The position numbers were made by a program, and so were the translations under genes. A DNA stretch of 64,000 nucleotides from Octopus vulgaris (Eukaryota): positions 101,556,001-101,620,000 of the forward strand of contig OX597823.1 of the NCBI GenBank assembly GCA_951406725.2. The letters run 5' to 3'. The notes beneath the pieces are model-generated. The model saw only the letters and a program-made list of their open reading frames with translations, was not told the DNA's origin and did not search any database. Below are positions 11,838-23,772 of this stretch, piece by piece (the first letter of the stretch is position 1; every line of letters starts with the position of its first letter).

Positions 11838-14800
11838 TTACAGATTTATGCTTAAAATAGTGTCGGCTTTCATACTGACCATTTTTGCCACTTTTACCCA
11901 CTTTTTATTAAAACATTCGTTCGACAAAGCCTTCCTCTCTATTCTCACCCTCCTTTTCAAGTGGTACTTGAAAAAGTTGACGAGAGACTGACCAGAGAGG
12001 AAGGTGTTTGTTTGCAGTCCTTTCAAACGCGTCCACCACACACATTATTTCGCCATAGCCATCAGCGTAACGAAAACCGTTTTCCCTTCCCGTTTAAAGG
12101 AAGGTGGTGGAACAATATTCACGATAGACTCGGCCGATAGGCGGGCCCGACCTACACGTGACAACAGCTGTTCGACGAAGGTCCACAGCTCTGAAATATC
12201 TGGACACTGCATGAGTGCGTGCAGAACGGTTTCGTCGCTCTGACCGCATCTCGGGCAGGTCGGTCCGGTGATGGTTTTCGAACCGTGCCTGTAGCTCTTC
12301 TCTCGAACAGGTAGTGCGTCTCGATAGCACTGTCAAGCCAGGGATTTCTGGAAGTTATCCATAGGCCCCGGCCCGAAGGTCGTCCTGAACAGGCGGGTTA
12401 GGAATTTCTCGTCGTCGCCCAGGTTTTCCCCCTGTGTGTCGTCGGACCTCCCCTCCACTAGTCCTCTATAGAACGCTTTAGTCGTTTGTAAGTTGCACAA
12501 GTTTGACCCCGGTCGGCAGAGCTGCTGTAGAGCTCGGTCCCAATCGCCCAGTTTCGGTCTCTTCTTGATCCACGTTTGCAGTTCGGTCAGTGAGACGAGC
12601 TGCGGGAAGGCGCGCCTAACAAACGGCGCCCACACCTGTTCACCGTCGTCGATGAAGTTCCAGAGATGTCGCAGTCTAAGCGCATGCCTGCGCATCATCA
12701 ACCACGGCATGCCCAGTCCTCCATTCAACGGATGTTGACAGCAAATGGACTTCCTCACCATCGGAACGCCACCCTTCCACAGGAAGCGGAAGAGTATGCG
12801 TTCAAGTTTGGTGATGGTGGCGTCGGGACAAGGTACGACGGTCAGGCGGTAATCGATGACGGATGCGATGTACGCGATCGCCACCTCCGCCCGGCCTTTT
12901 AGGGATTGCTTCCTCTCAGCCCATTGCTGGGTGAGGGTGGCCAGCCTAGTCGTTATTTCGCCCCAGTTCTTCTCCATTTGGAGGTCTGGACCGAACCAGA
13001 CCCCGAGCAATTTAACCGGTCCGTCCGTCCAGCGTCCCACTACTGAGCCGCAGTCGGACGGCATGGGCTTGCTTCTCCAGGACCCGAGAAGCAAACCCAC
13101 TGACTTTTCCGGGTTAATCTTCGCTCCCGTCACCGTTTCGTATTTTCTTAGTGTCTCGCCTATCATCTGGATGTGATTGTCGCTCGACACTATGACGGTG
13201 ACATCGTCCGCATATGCCGACACGCTCGTCCTGCAACCCAGTTCCCGTGGGATGCCCCTCAGTGTCGCCAGCTTCCGCAGTAGCGGCTCGAGAGTCAATA
13301 CATACAGAAGCGCCGACAGGGGACACCCCTGACGGACCGAACGCGTGATGTCAAACTGTTTCAACAGGTGACCGTTCACCCGAATCACCGATCGGATGCC
13401 GCTATACAAGGCAGCGATCCAACCGCAGAAGACGGGACCGAAGCCAGCCGCCAAGTACCGATGGTCGACCCTATCGAAGGCTTTAGACTGATCCAAATTG
13501 ATCAGCGCCCCACCCATGCCAGGATCCTTAACTACCCTGTCCACAACGTAGCGCATCAGATGGAGGTTGTCATGTATGGTTCTGCCCGGCACGGCGCATG
13601 TTTGCGCCCTGTCGACCAGTTTACCAATGACAAGCGCCAACCTCTCGGCTATTACTTTGGCCAGAATTTTCAAATCTGCGTTGAGCAGAGTGATGGGCCT
13701 GAAAGTATCTATAAAATTCCCCTTGTTTGGGTCTTTCTTCAGCAACGTCACTGCACCACGGCTCACGAAACGCAGGATTCTCCCGTTTTGTTGCCAGTTG
13801 CAGTAGACTGATGCCAAGAGGTCGCCAAACAAGTCTGGCATTTGACAATACAGCTCATAGGGTAAACCATCCAATCCAGGCGACTTATCCCTCGCGCAGC
13901 CCGCTATCGCATCTCGCACGTCAGCGGCTGTGATGGGACTTTCACAACACTCCACTTCTCTTGCCGAAAGCCGCGGCAGGTCGGTCAAGTAGGCAATGAA
14001 ATCCATCCCGCGTTCCGACCCACCACTCGCACCAAACAGTCGAGCAAAGTGCTGTTGAAAGGCCTCACACATCCTTTCGGGTTCGAGTAAACTGCATCCC
14101 TGTTGATCTATTAGAAACCGAATGGTGGCTCTGTTGCCACGCTGCGCCTCCGCTACCCGGGCCTCTCGCGCAGCTTCGATCCCTTCGTTCCTTAAGGCAC
14201 GCATTTTAGCTCTGACGACGCAACCTTCGTGCTTGGCGTTGAGGTGTTGGTCGAGGACCATCCTCGCAGCCAGCACGTTGGTTGCGCCGCCAGTGGTAAG
14301 TGCCTCTTCTAGTTTCTTAACCAGGTCTCCCTCTACTCTGTTTCGATCTATCGCTAATTCCTTGCTAAACCTAATTGATTCCGATTTTATTGCCATTTTC
14401 AGGGCGTACCACCAGCGGTTGTTAACGACGGCTACCGTCAGCGCCCTCTTAATTAACTCGCTAATCCGGTTCCTGTAAACCTGTCGCGCTAAGTGCGACG
14501 TGTTCAGTTTCCAGTAACCGGGACCCTGCCTATGAGTTTTATCCAAGTCGAGCGTACACGTCACAAATTTGTGATCTGTGTAGCTGACTATTTTAAATTG
14601 TGGACATCCTACACTATCCCTATCCGCTGTCCTTTATAGAATTCTATCTAGATAAGATCTCGACGATCCAAGCGGTTTGTCCAAGTCCACGTTGGCACGT
14701 TCGGATGGTCGAGTCGGAACCTGTCAGACAAATGGAAACGTTTCAGTAGGTCTTTGAGGCACTTACACCCCCTTCTATTCCTATCCATTCCCACATAATC

Positions 14801-15250
14801 TAGATGCGTGTCCAAGGTAGCGTTCCAATCCCCTACTAACAGTAAAGGTCTAGACGTACTCAGGAAAACCTCTAGACGTCTGAAGAAATCCGCCCGACCC
14901 GTTAAGGACGGTGCATAAACTGCCATCAGACGGAATGCACACCCATTTCTGCCATCCACGTCCAAGACAACCAGCCTACCCTCCGGGTCTAGGAATATTG
15001 TTCTTACTTTTACATTTAGACTCTTTCGAAAAAGCACCGCGGTACCTCCACCACCCATGTTCGGCAGACAGGGAGAAATATAAATGTCAAATTGTTTGCC
15101 AAACATGGACGCGAGTGCCCGCGTCTTGCTGAGTCTGGTTTCACTGATAGCTACTATATCCACGTTCAGTGACTTGATGTCGTTTAGAAGGTAACCTTGC
15201 TTCCAAGCCGCCGCCAAGCCACGCGCATTCACACAACCTAATTTAAGCAT
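11838..15250 (-). pseudogene. Tx1 ORF2 of copy A: APE endonuclease + reverse transcriptase + C-terminal zinc finger, disrupted
   Basis: MLKLGCVNARGL, ISETR, YAPS, GDWNA, YTDHK; PGLDG, FRPITLLN, LDQSKAFDRV, VRQGCPLS, YADD; CPRCG...HALMQC; broken by stops/frameshifts near 14640, 12333 and 12040. Confidence 0.9.
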
Positions 15251-15317
15251 AATTGACGTTTACGAAAATTGTGTTTCATACACAAACATTGGAAGAGACA
15301 AGAGGCAAGAGGGAAGG

Positions 15318-17196
15318 TCACTTACTCATTTCGAAAGTTTCATTTTTTTCTTCTTCTTTTGTAGTGACTTTGATGAGGTGTTTGTATAGTTTTTGGGAGT
15401 GGAATCGTTGAAACCCGCCTACCGCATTTGGAAATATTATTTTCAGTGTATGATGTTGTGTTTGTGTTATGTGTACAATTTTTATATGCTTCGGTGGTGT
15501 GGTGCGAGGATGATTTTTTGTCTTAAAGTCATCTTCACAGATGTCCGTGTTGGATACAATGTAATCCATAAATTTTTTTTATTGTCTGTGTCTATTGCAG
15601 TTAGTTGTGTGTGTGGTTTTTGCGGGTTCATTGATTTTTTGATTGTCTAAGGGGATGCTGTACGAAGTTAAATATCTCCCTGCTTTACTTCCTTGTTTGG
15701 TGGGCTTTTTTTATCTTTTCCTTTTACCCCCTGTGGCTATTTGCCATTCCGTCGAACTTTCGTCGTCCGACGAATCAGAAGGGAGTAAAGGCAAAGCATT
15801 TGTGTTAATATGTATGCTTGAAGAAATTGTTGATGTTTTGTGCGGTGTTTGTGTTGTTATGGTGTTAGGGGTAGAATTTGTCTTCTCGTCACTGTTTTCT
15901 GTCTTTTTAATTGTCGTCCTCGGTGTTGGTGTTGGTCTATCTTTTAGTTCAGCACGTTGAATTGGTTGCGTCGTCAACGGTGATTGTGTTGGTACTGTTT
16001 CTTTTCTTGGTGATGTTTTTGGGGTTTGTTTGCTGGTTTGTTGTTTTTCTTGGCATTGTTCCATAATTGAGTGTGTTGGTGTTGGTGTTGGTGTTGGCAA
16101 CAAGGGTTTTTTTTTATTTGTTTTCTGATTTGTTCTTTCTTGTTTTTTCTGTGCTAGAGCGCACTTGGCAATTAAATGTTCTGGGCTGCCACAGTTGTAG
16201 CATCTAGGCTTTTTGCCTTCTGCCACAACATATAGGCTTTGCCCATTTTCTAAGTGGATCCTATCGGGTAGGTTCTCGATAGAGGCCCCCTCAATCTGGA
16301 TTGTCACTACTATTGTTTTTCCACCCCAATTGTCGTTTAGGTACACGGCGGTTTCTAAAATATTGATCTTTTTTTAAATGGTAACTGATTGCCCCTGTTA
16401 TCCATTTGTTCGGGATCTCGGGGGCTACATTTTTAATCGTAATTCTACTCACTCTCTGGCCTTTGAAATAAGGTACCATTTTGATATCATCATTTTCCAA
16501 AGACTCGGTAGAGTGAGCTTTTGCCACTTCCTGTTAGAGAAGCGGACCACTACTGAGTTAAACTGGGGACCCCAGTTTATATATTCTTTTTTTTCATTAT
16601 GTTTTTTGAAAATTTTTCTATATCCGTTTTTGTAATCTGTTCATTTTGTTTTCTCTTATAATTTTATATATAATTGTCTTATTTTCTATTTGTTCCTTTA
16701 TGTGTTGAGGTGTATGCAGCACTAAATCTTGCCCACGGGTTGTAAAGAGTGCTCTCGTTTCTTTTAGCTCTTCATTTGTAAATGTTACTATTTCTTTCTT
16801 CTGAGGCAGAGTGTCAGCGAAATTTACTGGTGTTGTTGATTTTTTTATATTAACATCTTCACTATTAGATAGTTCATTTTTATTGTTGTTCTTGTTGTTG
16901 TTGTTTTTGTTAATAGTATTCGGGTGAGTTTAATTTTTATCATTTATGTTGGTCGTGGTTGTAGTGGTGGTGGAGGTGTTGGTGGTAGCAGTAGTAGTCT
17001 CGTTGTTGTTGTTGTTAGTGGTGGTGGTGGTGGTGACTGGGCTGTTACCGCAAGTGGTTGCAGCGTTCACTACCACGTCATTCAGGTTTGCACTTTGCGT
17101 GCATACGTTCTTTTTGTCTCCTAGCGTTTCCAGACTAGGAAAATGGTGGTCCATAAAAGAACGCGACCAGCGTTCTACAATAAAATTTCTCGACAT
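15318..17196 (-). pseudogene. Tx1 ORF1 (gag-like) of copy A, disrupted
   Basis: MSRNFIVE start, Thr/Asn-rich region, NFADTL..., CYNCGSPEHLIAKC knuckle, WQIATGGKRKR, C-terminal HPRTTPPKHIKI domain. Confidence 0.85.
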
Positions 17197-17393
17197 TTTT
17201 TAATGTGGAGAAGAAAATTACACAAATTAAATAGGGTTGAAACTGCCCCTAGGGGCGAATTCCTCCCTTGGAAAAGCACTCCAACGAAAGTTGGGTGCCT
17301 TACACACCTTATTTACAAAAATGTACACAAAATATGGGCTATAAATAGTCAAAATAAACGATTACCTTCGGAGCCGAGATGACAGCACGTCCG

Positions 17394-17440
<47 letters not shown>

Positions 17441-17441
17441 G

Positions 17442-17528
<87 letters not shown>

Positions 17529-17544
17529 AAAGTAATGCATATAT

Positions 17545-17705
17545 GTCTCTGTCTTTGTCACCACCACCATTGCTTGACAACCGGTACTGGTTTGTTTATA
17601 TATCCTAAACTTAGCGAATTCGGCAAAACAGATCGATAGACTAAGTACTAGATTTAAGAAAAAAAAAACATAACTGGGGGTGATTTTCTCGGCTAAAACC
17701 TCTCA
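17545..17705 (+). mobile_element. tRNA-derived SINE, 3' part (same family as 18741-19116)
   Basis: gcttgacaaccggtactggtttgttta...acttagcgaattcggcaaaacagatcgatagactaagtact is the reverse complement of the 18800-18930 body. Confidence 0.6.
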
Positions 17706-17994
17706 ATATATTATTCAGTAAAAGTACACGAAGCAGCGAGTGCCAGAATATTGACGTTTTCCTTTGATGTTAATCTATGACTGCACACAAGGATGTTGAA
17801 TGGTATTCTCTGCGGAATTTTGCCTCAGAGAACAAATTTTTCCCTGTTTACTTCATGTCAAAACATACGAAGTCAGCGGACTACCAGACGCAGTACTTCG
17901 GTATCATTGCGCTTCCTTAATAAGAGATTTCGTTTTGGTCGTTCGGAGCTAGTCAGGAACTTCTGTCTTATAGAGAGAACAATAAGCAAAAGTG

Positions 17995-18734
17995 TGCTGA
18001 AAGAGATTCACTTAACACAACGAATCAATATTTGTAATGTGTATCTCAAACACAACGTAATCGACCTTTTTTTGAAACGAATCATCACTAGTCATGAAAA
18101 ATGGATTGTCTACAATGATATCAATCGAAAACGATCATGGTCCAAGTGTAATGAACAAGCACAAACCACATCGAAAGCTGAATTGCATCAAAAAAGGTCA
18201 TGCTATCAATTTGGCGGGATTACAATGGTGTTGTGTATTTCGAGCTGCTTCCAAGGAACCAAACGATCGATTCAGATGTTTACTGTCAATAACTAATGAA
18301 ACTGGAAGAAGCAATCAAAGAAAAACGGCCAGAAATAGCAAATCATAAAGGAATCGTGTTCCACCATGACAACGCTAGACCATACACGTCTTTGTTAACT
18401 CATGAAAAATTATTAGAGACTGCGTGGAAAGTGATGTCATATCCACCATAATGCCCTGACCTTGCACCATCAGATTATTATTTATTTCAATGTTTGCAAA
18501 ATTGTAAAACTTTCAATAAATGATGATGACCTGAAATCGCAATTGTTTCGGTTTTTGGGTGATAGGGATCAGAAATTCTATGAGCGCGGAATCACGAAGT
18601 TGCTTGTGAAATGGTAAACGGTCATCGAATAAAATGGAAAATATATAATTGATTAAAGTTCCTTCATTGTATGAAAAAAAAAAGACTTTTATTTCACACT
18701 AAAAAACCGAAATTACTTTCTTGCCAACCCAATA
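17995..18734 (+). mobile_element. 5'-truncated mariner (DD34D) transposon relic
   Basis: FLKRIITSHEKWIVYN...KKVMLSIW...GVVYFELLP...IVFHHDNARPY...YPP*CPDLAPSDYYLF; right TIR aaaccgaaattactttcttgccaacccaa followed by TA. Confidence 0.85.
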
Positions 18735-18740
18735 TATATA

Positions 18741-19116
18741 CTCTTTTACTTGTTTCAGTCATTTTGACTGCGGCCATGCTGGAGCACCGCTTTTAGTCGA
18801 GCAATTCGACCCCAGGACTGATTCTTTGTAAGCCTAGTACTTATTCTATCGGTCTCTTTTGCTGAACAGCTAAGTGACGGGGACGTAAACACACCAGCAT
18901 CGGTTGTCAAGAAATGCTAGGGGGACAAACACAGACACACAAACACACATACATATATATATATATACATATATACGACAGGCTTCTTTCAGTTTCTGTC
19001 TACCAAGTCCACTCACAAGGCTTTGGACGGCCCGGGACTATAGAGGAAGACACTTGCCCAAGATGTCACGCAAAGGGACTGAACCCGGAACCATGTGGTT
19101 GGTTAGCAAGCTACTT
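18741..19116 (-). mobile_element. tRNA-derived SINE, 3' portion (interrupted by the 19117-21338 insertion)
   Basis: Minus strand has B-box GGTTCAGTCCC, body, internal (TA/TG)n and tail gactgaaacaagtaaaagag; uninterrupted head at 38133-38297. Confidence 0.85.
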
Positions 19117-21338
19117 TATTTCAAAACATTTGCCATAAAGGCAGTACACAGATTAAGTTAGCTTTGCGGGCTGGACGAGGACATTAATGAGGTGAATGAT
19201 AATGAAAGAAAGATGATAAGGATGGAAGAAGACAAAAAGCGCCCGCCGGCTTTCGCTTCTCTAAAACATTGTTCTTTTTAAAGATAAACACAAAACGAGG
19301 TATTAAACCTCTTACAATTTTTCCAATTTTTGGACTTAGCAGTCCATTATTAATACAAAACGAGGTATTAATCCTCTTACAATTTTTCAATTTTTGGACT
19401 TAAGTCCATTACTAATAATACATATCGTCCTCGAAATAGCTTGTGCCCGCGCCCTCCACCATCAACCACGCCTCCCTCAGAACGTAATCAAGTTCCGAGT
19501 TTGCGTCGCCCGGGACCAAGTTATAATCTTCATTGAGCTCCTTTAGCCCAAGCGTCACGTCGAACGCCACGGCCTCCACAGCTACCTGCGGAGGCCATTC
19601 GGGGTCCTGTGTGAAGGCTAAAGGTGCTCCCTTGTAGTGCTCTTCCATCACTTTTTCAATTTCTCCTCCTCTATAGAAGAGGACCAATACGTTCAGTTCT
19701 TTCGTTGGCGGCACAGTTCCCGCCAACGGTATTCCTTCTCTTGTCGGTGGCACAACCCCAACCGACGTAGTTCCGGGACATTCCGGTGCTACACTGACAG
19801 CCGGTAATGTCCCGTTTTTCTTCCTCTTTTTCTTTTTTTTCCCTTTTCAACTGAGGGAGGGTGCGTCTCCTCCGTGGCTGGAAGATTCGCCTTCCTCTCC
19901 TCATCCCTATTATCCTTTGGTGAGCACCCATTGTTGCTCACCTTCCTCTTCGGCCTCTGTTTGAGGAGTCCTCTGCTTTCTCGGCCGTTGTCGTTCCCTC
20001 TTCTAGAGGGGTTTTACTTAACTGTTCCGGGATCCTATTTTGTTCCCGAGGACAGTTCTTCTTTATGTGGCCGGACTCCAAGCACCGATGACACTTAGGG
20101 GGGCGACCCTCAAGCATCACCGGGTACCTGCACCCGGCTATTTTCAAAAAATCTGGAAGAACCAGATTGGCTGATTGGGTCCACAGGGTCAAAATTGCTT
20201 TTGACCCAACCCAAGCAGCCGTAGGAAGAACTTTTACATTGAAGAGCTTAGTTTCGCTGTCACCCAGACTCCGGCGGATAGTCTCCTCTATCCACTCGGG
20301 TTCTATGTCGGGTGGTAATCCGCATATCCAAGCTTTCATCAATTTCTTTTTTTGTACGTGGGCAGGAATAAGATTTCCTTACCCTCCAGGGGTTTGCTAG
20401 CAAATTTGCAAGCCTCTTCAGGGGTGTCAAATAGCAACCACACCGTTGCATATTTGACACCCCTGGAAATGAATTTAATTGTTGGCAAATACTCTTCCAA
20501 CTCCTCCTCAATTGCCGTCTTTTCGAATAAGGCGATGGTGTCGAGTGCCTTGGAGTAGGTTCTCAACACCACCGTCCTATCTTCACGGTCTTTTAACCAC
20601 TTTTTAGGTGGTATGATTTCCCACTCCAAAATTTTGTTATTTTTCATTGCCATGTTTTTTTTTTAAATATATTCAAATTAAACTAAAAAAGCCGGAAGAA
20701 AAAAGTTCAAAAGTTCAAATAAAATTTGATAGATTTTTGGAAAAACAAAAAGGAGAAAGCACAACAGAAGGGAAGAAATCAACGGAAAGTCGCAATAAAG
20801 AAAAAAAACAAAATGAAGTTCAATGAAGTTCAAAAGAAAGTTAATAAACAGAAAAAACACAGCAAAAATATTCTGGCCTTGCGGTACTCCCGGCCTGGGT
20901 TGAACCTGGAACGCCGCAACTGCAACACAACCTCCACAAAAATGGATCCGAAAGGTAATCCAATAGTGGCTTATTTTTATAATTTTTTGCGAAGTAGTAG
21001 TTTTCACAATTCATAAAAGTTCTTCACAGCACAATACAATTCTCACAATTACGTGAGAAAAATATTTACTCACTTTATCGAAGACGGATACGCCCCCAAA
21101 AATTTTCTCAGCGAGAAAAATATATTTGCCACATGTCGGCAGAATCAGAATTCTGAATCCAGTAGGACTTCCTGCCTGTAAAAAACAATTCTCAACAAAA
21201 ACTCCGACTGGACCCAGAAAACAGAATCTTACCTTACATGGGGCTTCCAAAGTTTTCAATTCAAGACGGCTTCAATAGCACATCTTCACCGCTTCAGTGC
21301 CAAACACAACACTGTCTCGCACATGCGCAGAAGCAACC
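19117..21338 (-). mobile_element. ORF1-only (HAL1-like) non-autonomous Tx1-related retroposon, 2.2 kb
   Basis: Perfect 15 bp TSD GTTAGCAAGCTACTT at 19102-19116 and 21339-21353; single gag-like ORF; no EN/RT; Tx1-like 3' stem-loop. Confidence 0.85.
19412..20653 (-). pseudogene. Tx1-type ORF1 protein (putative RRM-like region + CCHC zinc knuckle), frameshifted
   Basis: DRTVVLR...KYATVWLLFDTPEEA...FLPTYK...GLPPDIEPEWI...WVGSK...EGRPPKCHRCLESGHIKKNC aligns by eye with ORF1 of copies D/E (KRTIL...QFNTVVVRFHNQEEA...IPYYR...NVPPEIPPKWI...WVGKK...DGRRPRCYICGSEQHLKKDC). Confidence 0.8.
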
Positions 21339-21376
21339 GTTAGCAAGCTACTTACCACACAGCCACTCCTGCGCCT
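21339..21376 (-). mobile_element. tRNA-derived SINE, 5' head fragment (A-box)
   Basis: Minus strand AGGCGCAGGAGTGGCTGTGTGGTAAGTAGCTTGCTAAC continues seamlessly into 19101 once the insertion is removed. Confidence 0.85.
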
Positions 21377-21385
21377 ATATATATA

Positions 21386-21891
21386 TCTATATATATAAAA
21401 CTCTAGTTGTGTGAGTGTCTGTCCCCTTCGATTTAGATTCCTAACTCCTCCCACATTTTGCGGTGCAGTTTAACCAAATTCGGGTATCTTATAGTCGTGA
21501 TTCATATCGAGCCCGTCTGACTATTAGCGCGCGTCAACGATGAGTCTACGATTTTAAAAATAATTTAACATCATTTTTTATTCCATTTTAATGCATACAA
21601 TGCATCGTGTGTCGATGGCGGTGGAGTTGGCGTCCACGCTCACAGCTGCACCTGTTTGCTTCTCCCCCTTCCCTCCCTCGTGAAGCTGTGGGGAAGGGAG
21701 TGTAAAGAAATCAACGTCGTAATGCGTTGTGAAGGAAACCAGCGTTCTTTTAGAACAACGACTTCATGGCTTGAAGACACCAAAACAAAAATGGCTAAGA
21801 AAGCCCGAATTTATAAGGGAAGTAACTCTCTAAAAATGCTTATATAGTTATTTCCCTTACAAACCCGAGCAACTCCGGGCGATACTGCTAG
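21386..21891 (+). mobile_element. Non-autonomous Helitron
   Basis: Starts TC (21386) after A; ends with subterminal hairpin CCCG agcaactc CGGG and CTAG (21888-21891) before T; no TSD. Confidence 0.75.
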
Positions 21892-22559
21892 TATATATAT
21901 ATATATATATATATATACCATAAGAACTCAGGTGGTATGAGAAATGAATATATTTATTTAACCACTTGATATCCGTGGGATTACGGCTGTTCTGCAACCT
22001 TCATCATGTAATAAAAATTTTACGATATAATAAATTATTTTACATATATATGTGTGTGTGTATGTGTGTGTGTATAACTATACGTATACATACATACACA
22101 TATATACACACATACATAGGCAGAGGCACACACACACATACATATATATAATATATATTAAATTCACAGTAATCTGAAGTTTACAATGAATCTGTTATCA
22201 TTATTTTATTACTTATTGAAAATTCGTAAAATAAACATCAATAAAGATAATTTAACAATATCCCAACATCCCCCCAAAAATGTAAAATAAATAATAAATG
22301 AAATAAAATAGAAAACAGAGCACTCTGATATAATATTTAGAGTAGAGACTATTCCCAAAGAAACCTTTAGTTCAAGATGTTCAACAGGCATTTTTAAAAT
22401 GGTGCCCAACTCATGTTGATTGTGTGAGATATTGAAAATATTTTACTTTAAATGTCAAACTCTCAGGCTTCCTTTGACAGCAAAATCACTCGCAAATGAA
22501 AATATATCTATCTAAGGACACTGTACTTCTATGTAGTTATGAAAGTAGGTACATACGTA

Positions 22560-22982
22560 CAAGTGTATGAATATATATATATATATATATGCGTGTGTGT
22601 ATGTATGTATATATGTGATATATGTGTGTATATATACGTATACACCGACATATGTACACATATACATATAAGTATATATATATGTATCACTATAGGATAT
22701 ATACTATGTGTGTATGTATGTATGTATGTATGTATGTATATATATATATGTATGTATATATATATGCATGTGTATATATATATATATGCATATGTATATA
22801 TATATATGTATGTGTATATATATATATATATATATATGCATATATAAATAGATAGATAGGTAGATGAGTGCGTAACTATCTAAATGTGTGTATATATTTG
22901 TATATGTGAATGTGTGTTTATATATTCGGCATATGTGTGTGGTGTATATGTGTATGTATGTATGCGTGTATGCGTATGGATA

Positions 22983-23071
<89 letters not shown>

Positions 23072-23462
23072 GTGTGTGTTTGTGTAAGTGGTTTTAATAT
23101 TTTATCCCAATATTCTTCAAACAGAAGTATGCAAGATAATAACTAAATGACAAGGCTCCCTCTAGTAAAGGACAGGTCACTGAAAGTTGGTTAGGTTAAA
23201 CACTGCGGTTTCAGAGAAGTGGTTCTAAATACATTAATTTATTACACACGTATGTTTTCTCAATAATTGCATGTGTGTCTGAATGTATGTGTGTGTGGGT
23301 TTATACATTTGTGTGATATATTTATAATGTAATATATACACGTATGTGTCCGTATGTATATATGTATACATCTATAATCTAAGTGTGCATTATACATATG
23401 TAGGTATGTATATGCACGTATATATATATAAGTGTATATGCGTGTGCATGTGTGTATTATTG

Positions 23463-23508
<46 letters not shown>

Positions 23509-23628
23509 CATACATACATACATACATACATACGTGCATATATATGTCTGTACGTATATAAGTATACATCTATGATCTATGTATGCAATACATACGTGTG
23601 TGTGTGTGTGTTTGTATGTGTGTGTCTT

Positions 23629-23678
<50 letters not shown>

Positions 23679-23689
23679 CATACATATAT

Positions 23690-23720
<31 letters not shown>

Positions 23721-23722
23721 CG

Positions 23723-23763
<41 letters not shown>

Positions 23764-23772
23764 ATATATATC
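22560..23772. repeat. Compound (TA)n/(TG)n/(TATG)n microsatellites
   Basis: Seen directly. Confidence 0.9.

Larger units (their letters stand above)
11555..17393 (-). mobile_element. Full-length Tx1-like non-LTR retrotransposon, copy A (about 5.8 kb, decayed)
   Basis: 5'UTR, ORF1 with CCHC knuckle, APE-RT-CCHC ORF2, 3'UTR ending AATAAAAAGT; (GATA)n arrays on both sides (11487-11554, 17394-17526). Confidence 0.92.

Noticed and set aside
12493-14478. Antisense and alternative-frame ORFs overlapping Tx1 ORF2 in several copies
   Set aside because: Expected shadows of GC-rich coding sequence; their recurrence reflects copy homology
19150-19250. HDV-like ribozyme resemblance on the minus strand (GCGGGC...ATTAA TG TCCTCGT CCA GCCCGC AAA GCTAA C TTAAT)
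   Set aside because: P1, P2, L3 and J4/2 look plausible, but P3 is incomplete, the P1.1 guanines are missing, and a 3'UTR position would cut off the element's own 3' end; worth revisiting only with a family consensus
20880-20930. tRNA-like B-box GGTTCAACCC on the minus strand in the ORF1-only 5'UTR
   Set aside because: The T-stem does not pair, and there is no A-box or cloverleaf
18741-21376. Possible tRNA genes in SINE heads
   Set aside because: A/B boxes run into SINE bodies, with no acceptor stem closure or poly-T terminator
21960-22012. Degenerate hammerhead-like string on the minus strand (ATGATGA AGGTTG cagaa CAGCC GTAA)
   Set aside because: Both core boxes are mutated and stem I is weak; at most a dead relic
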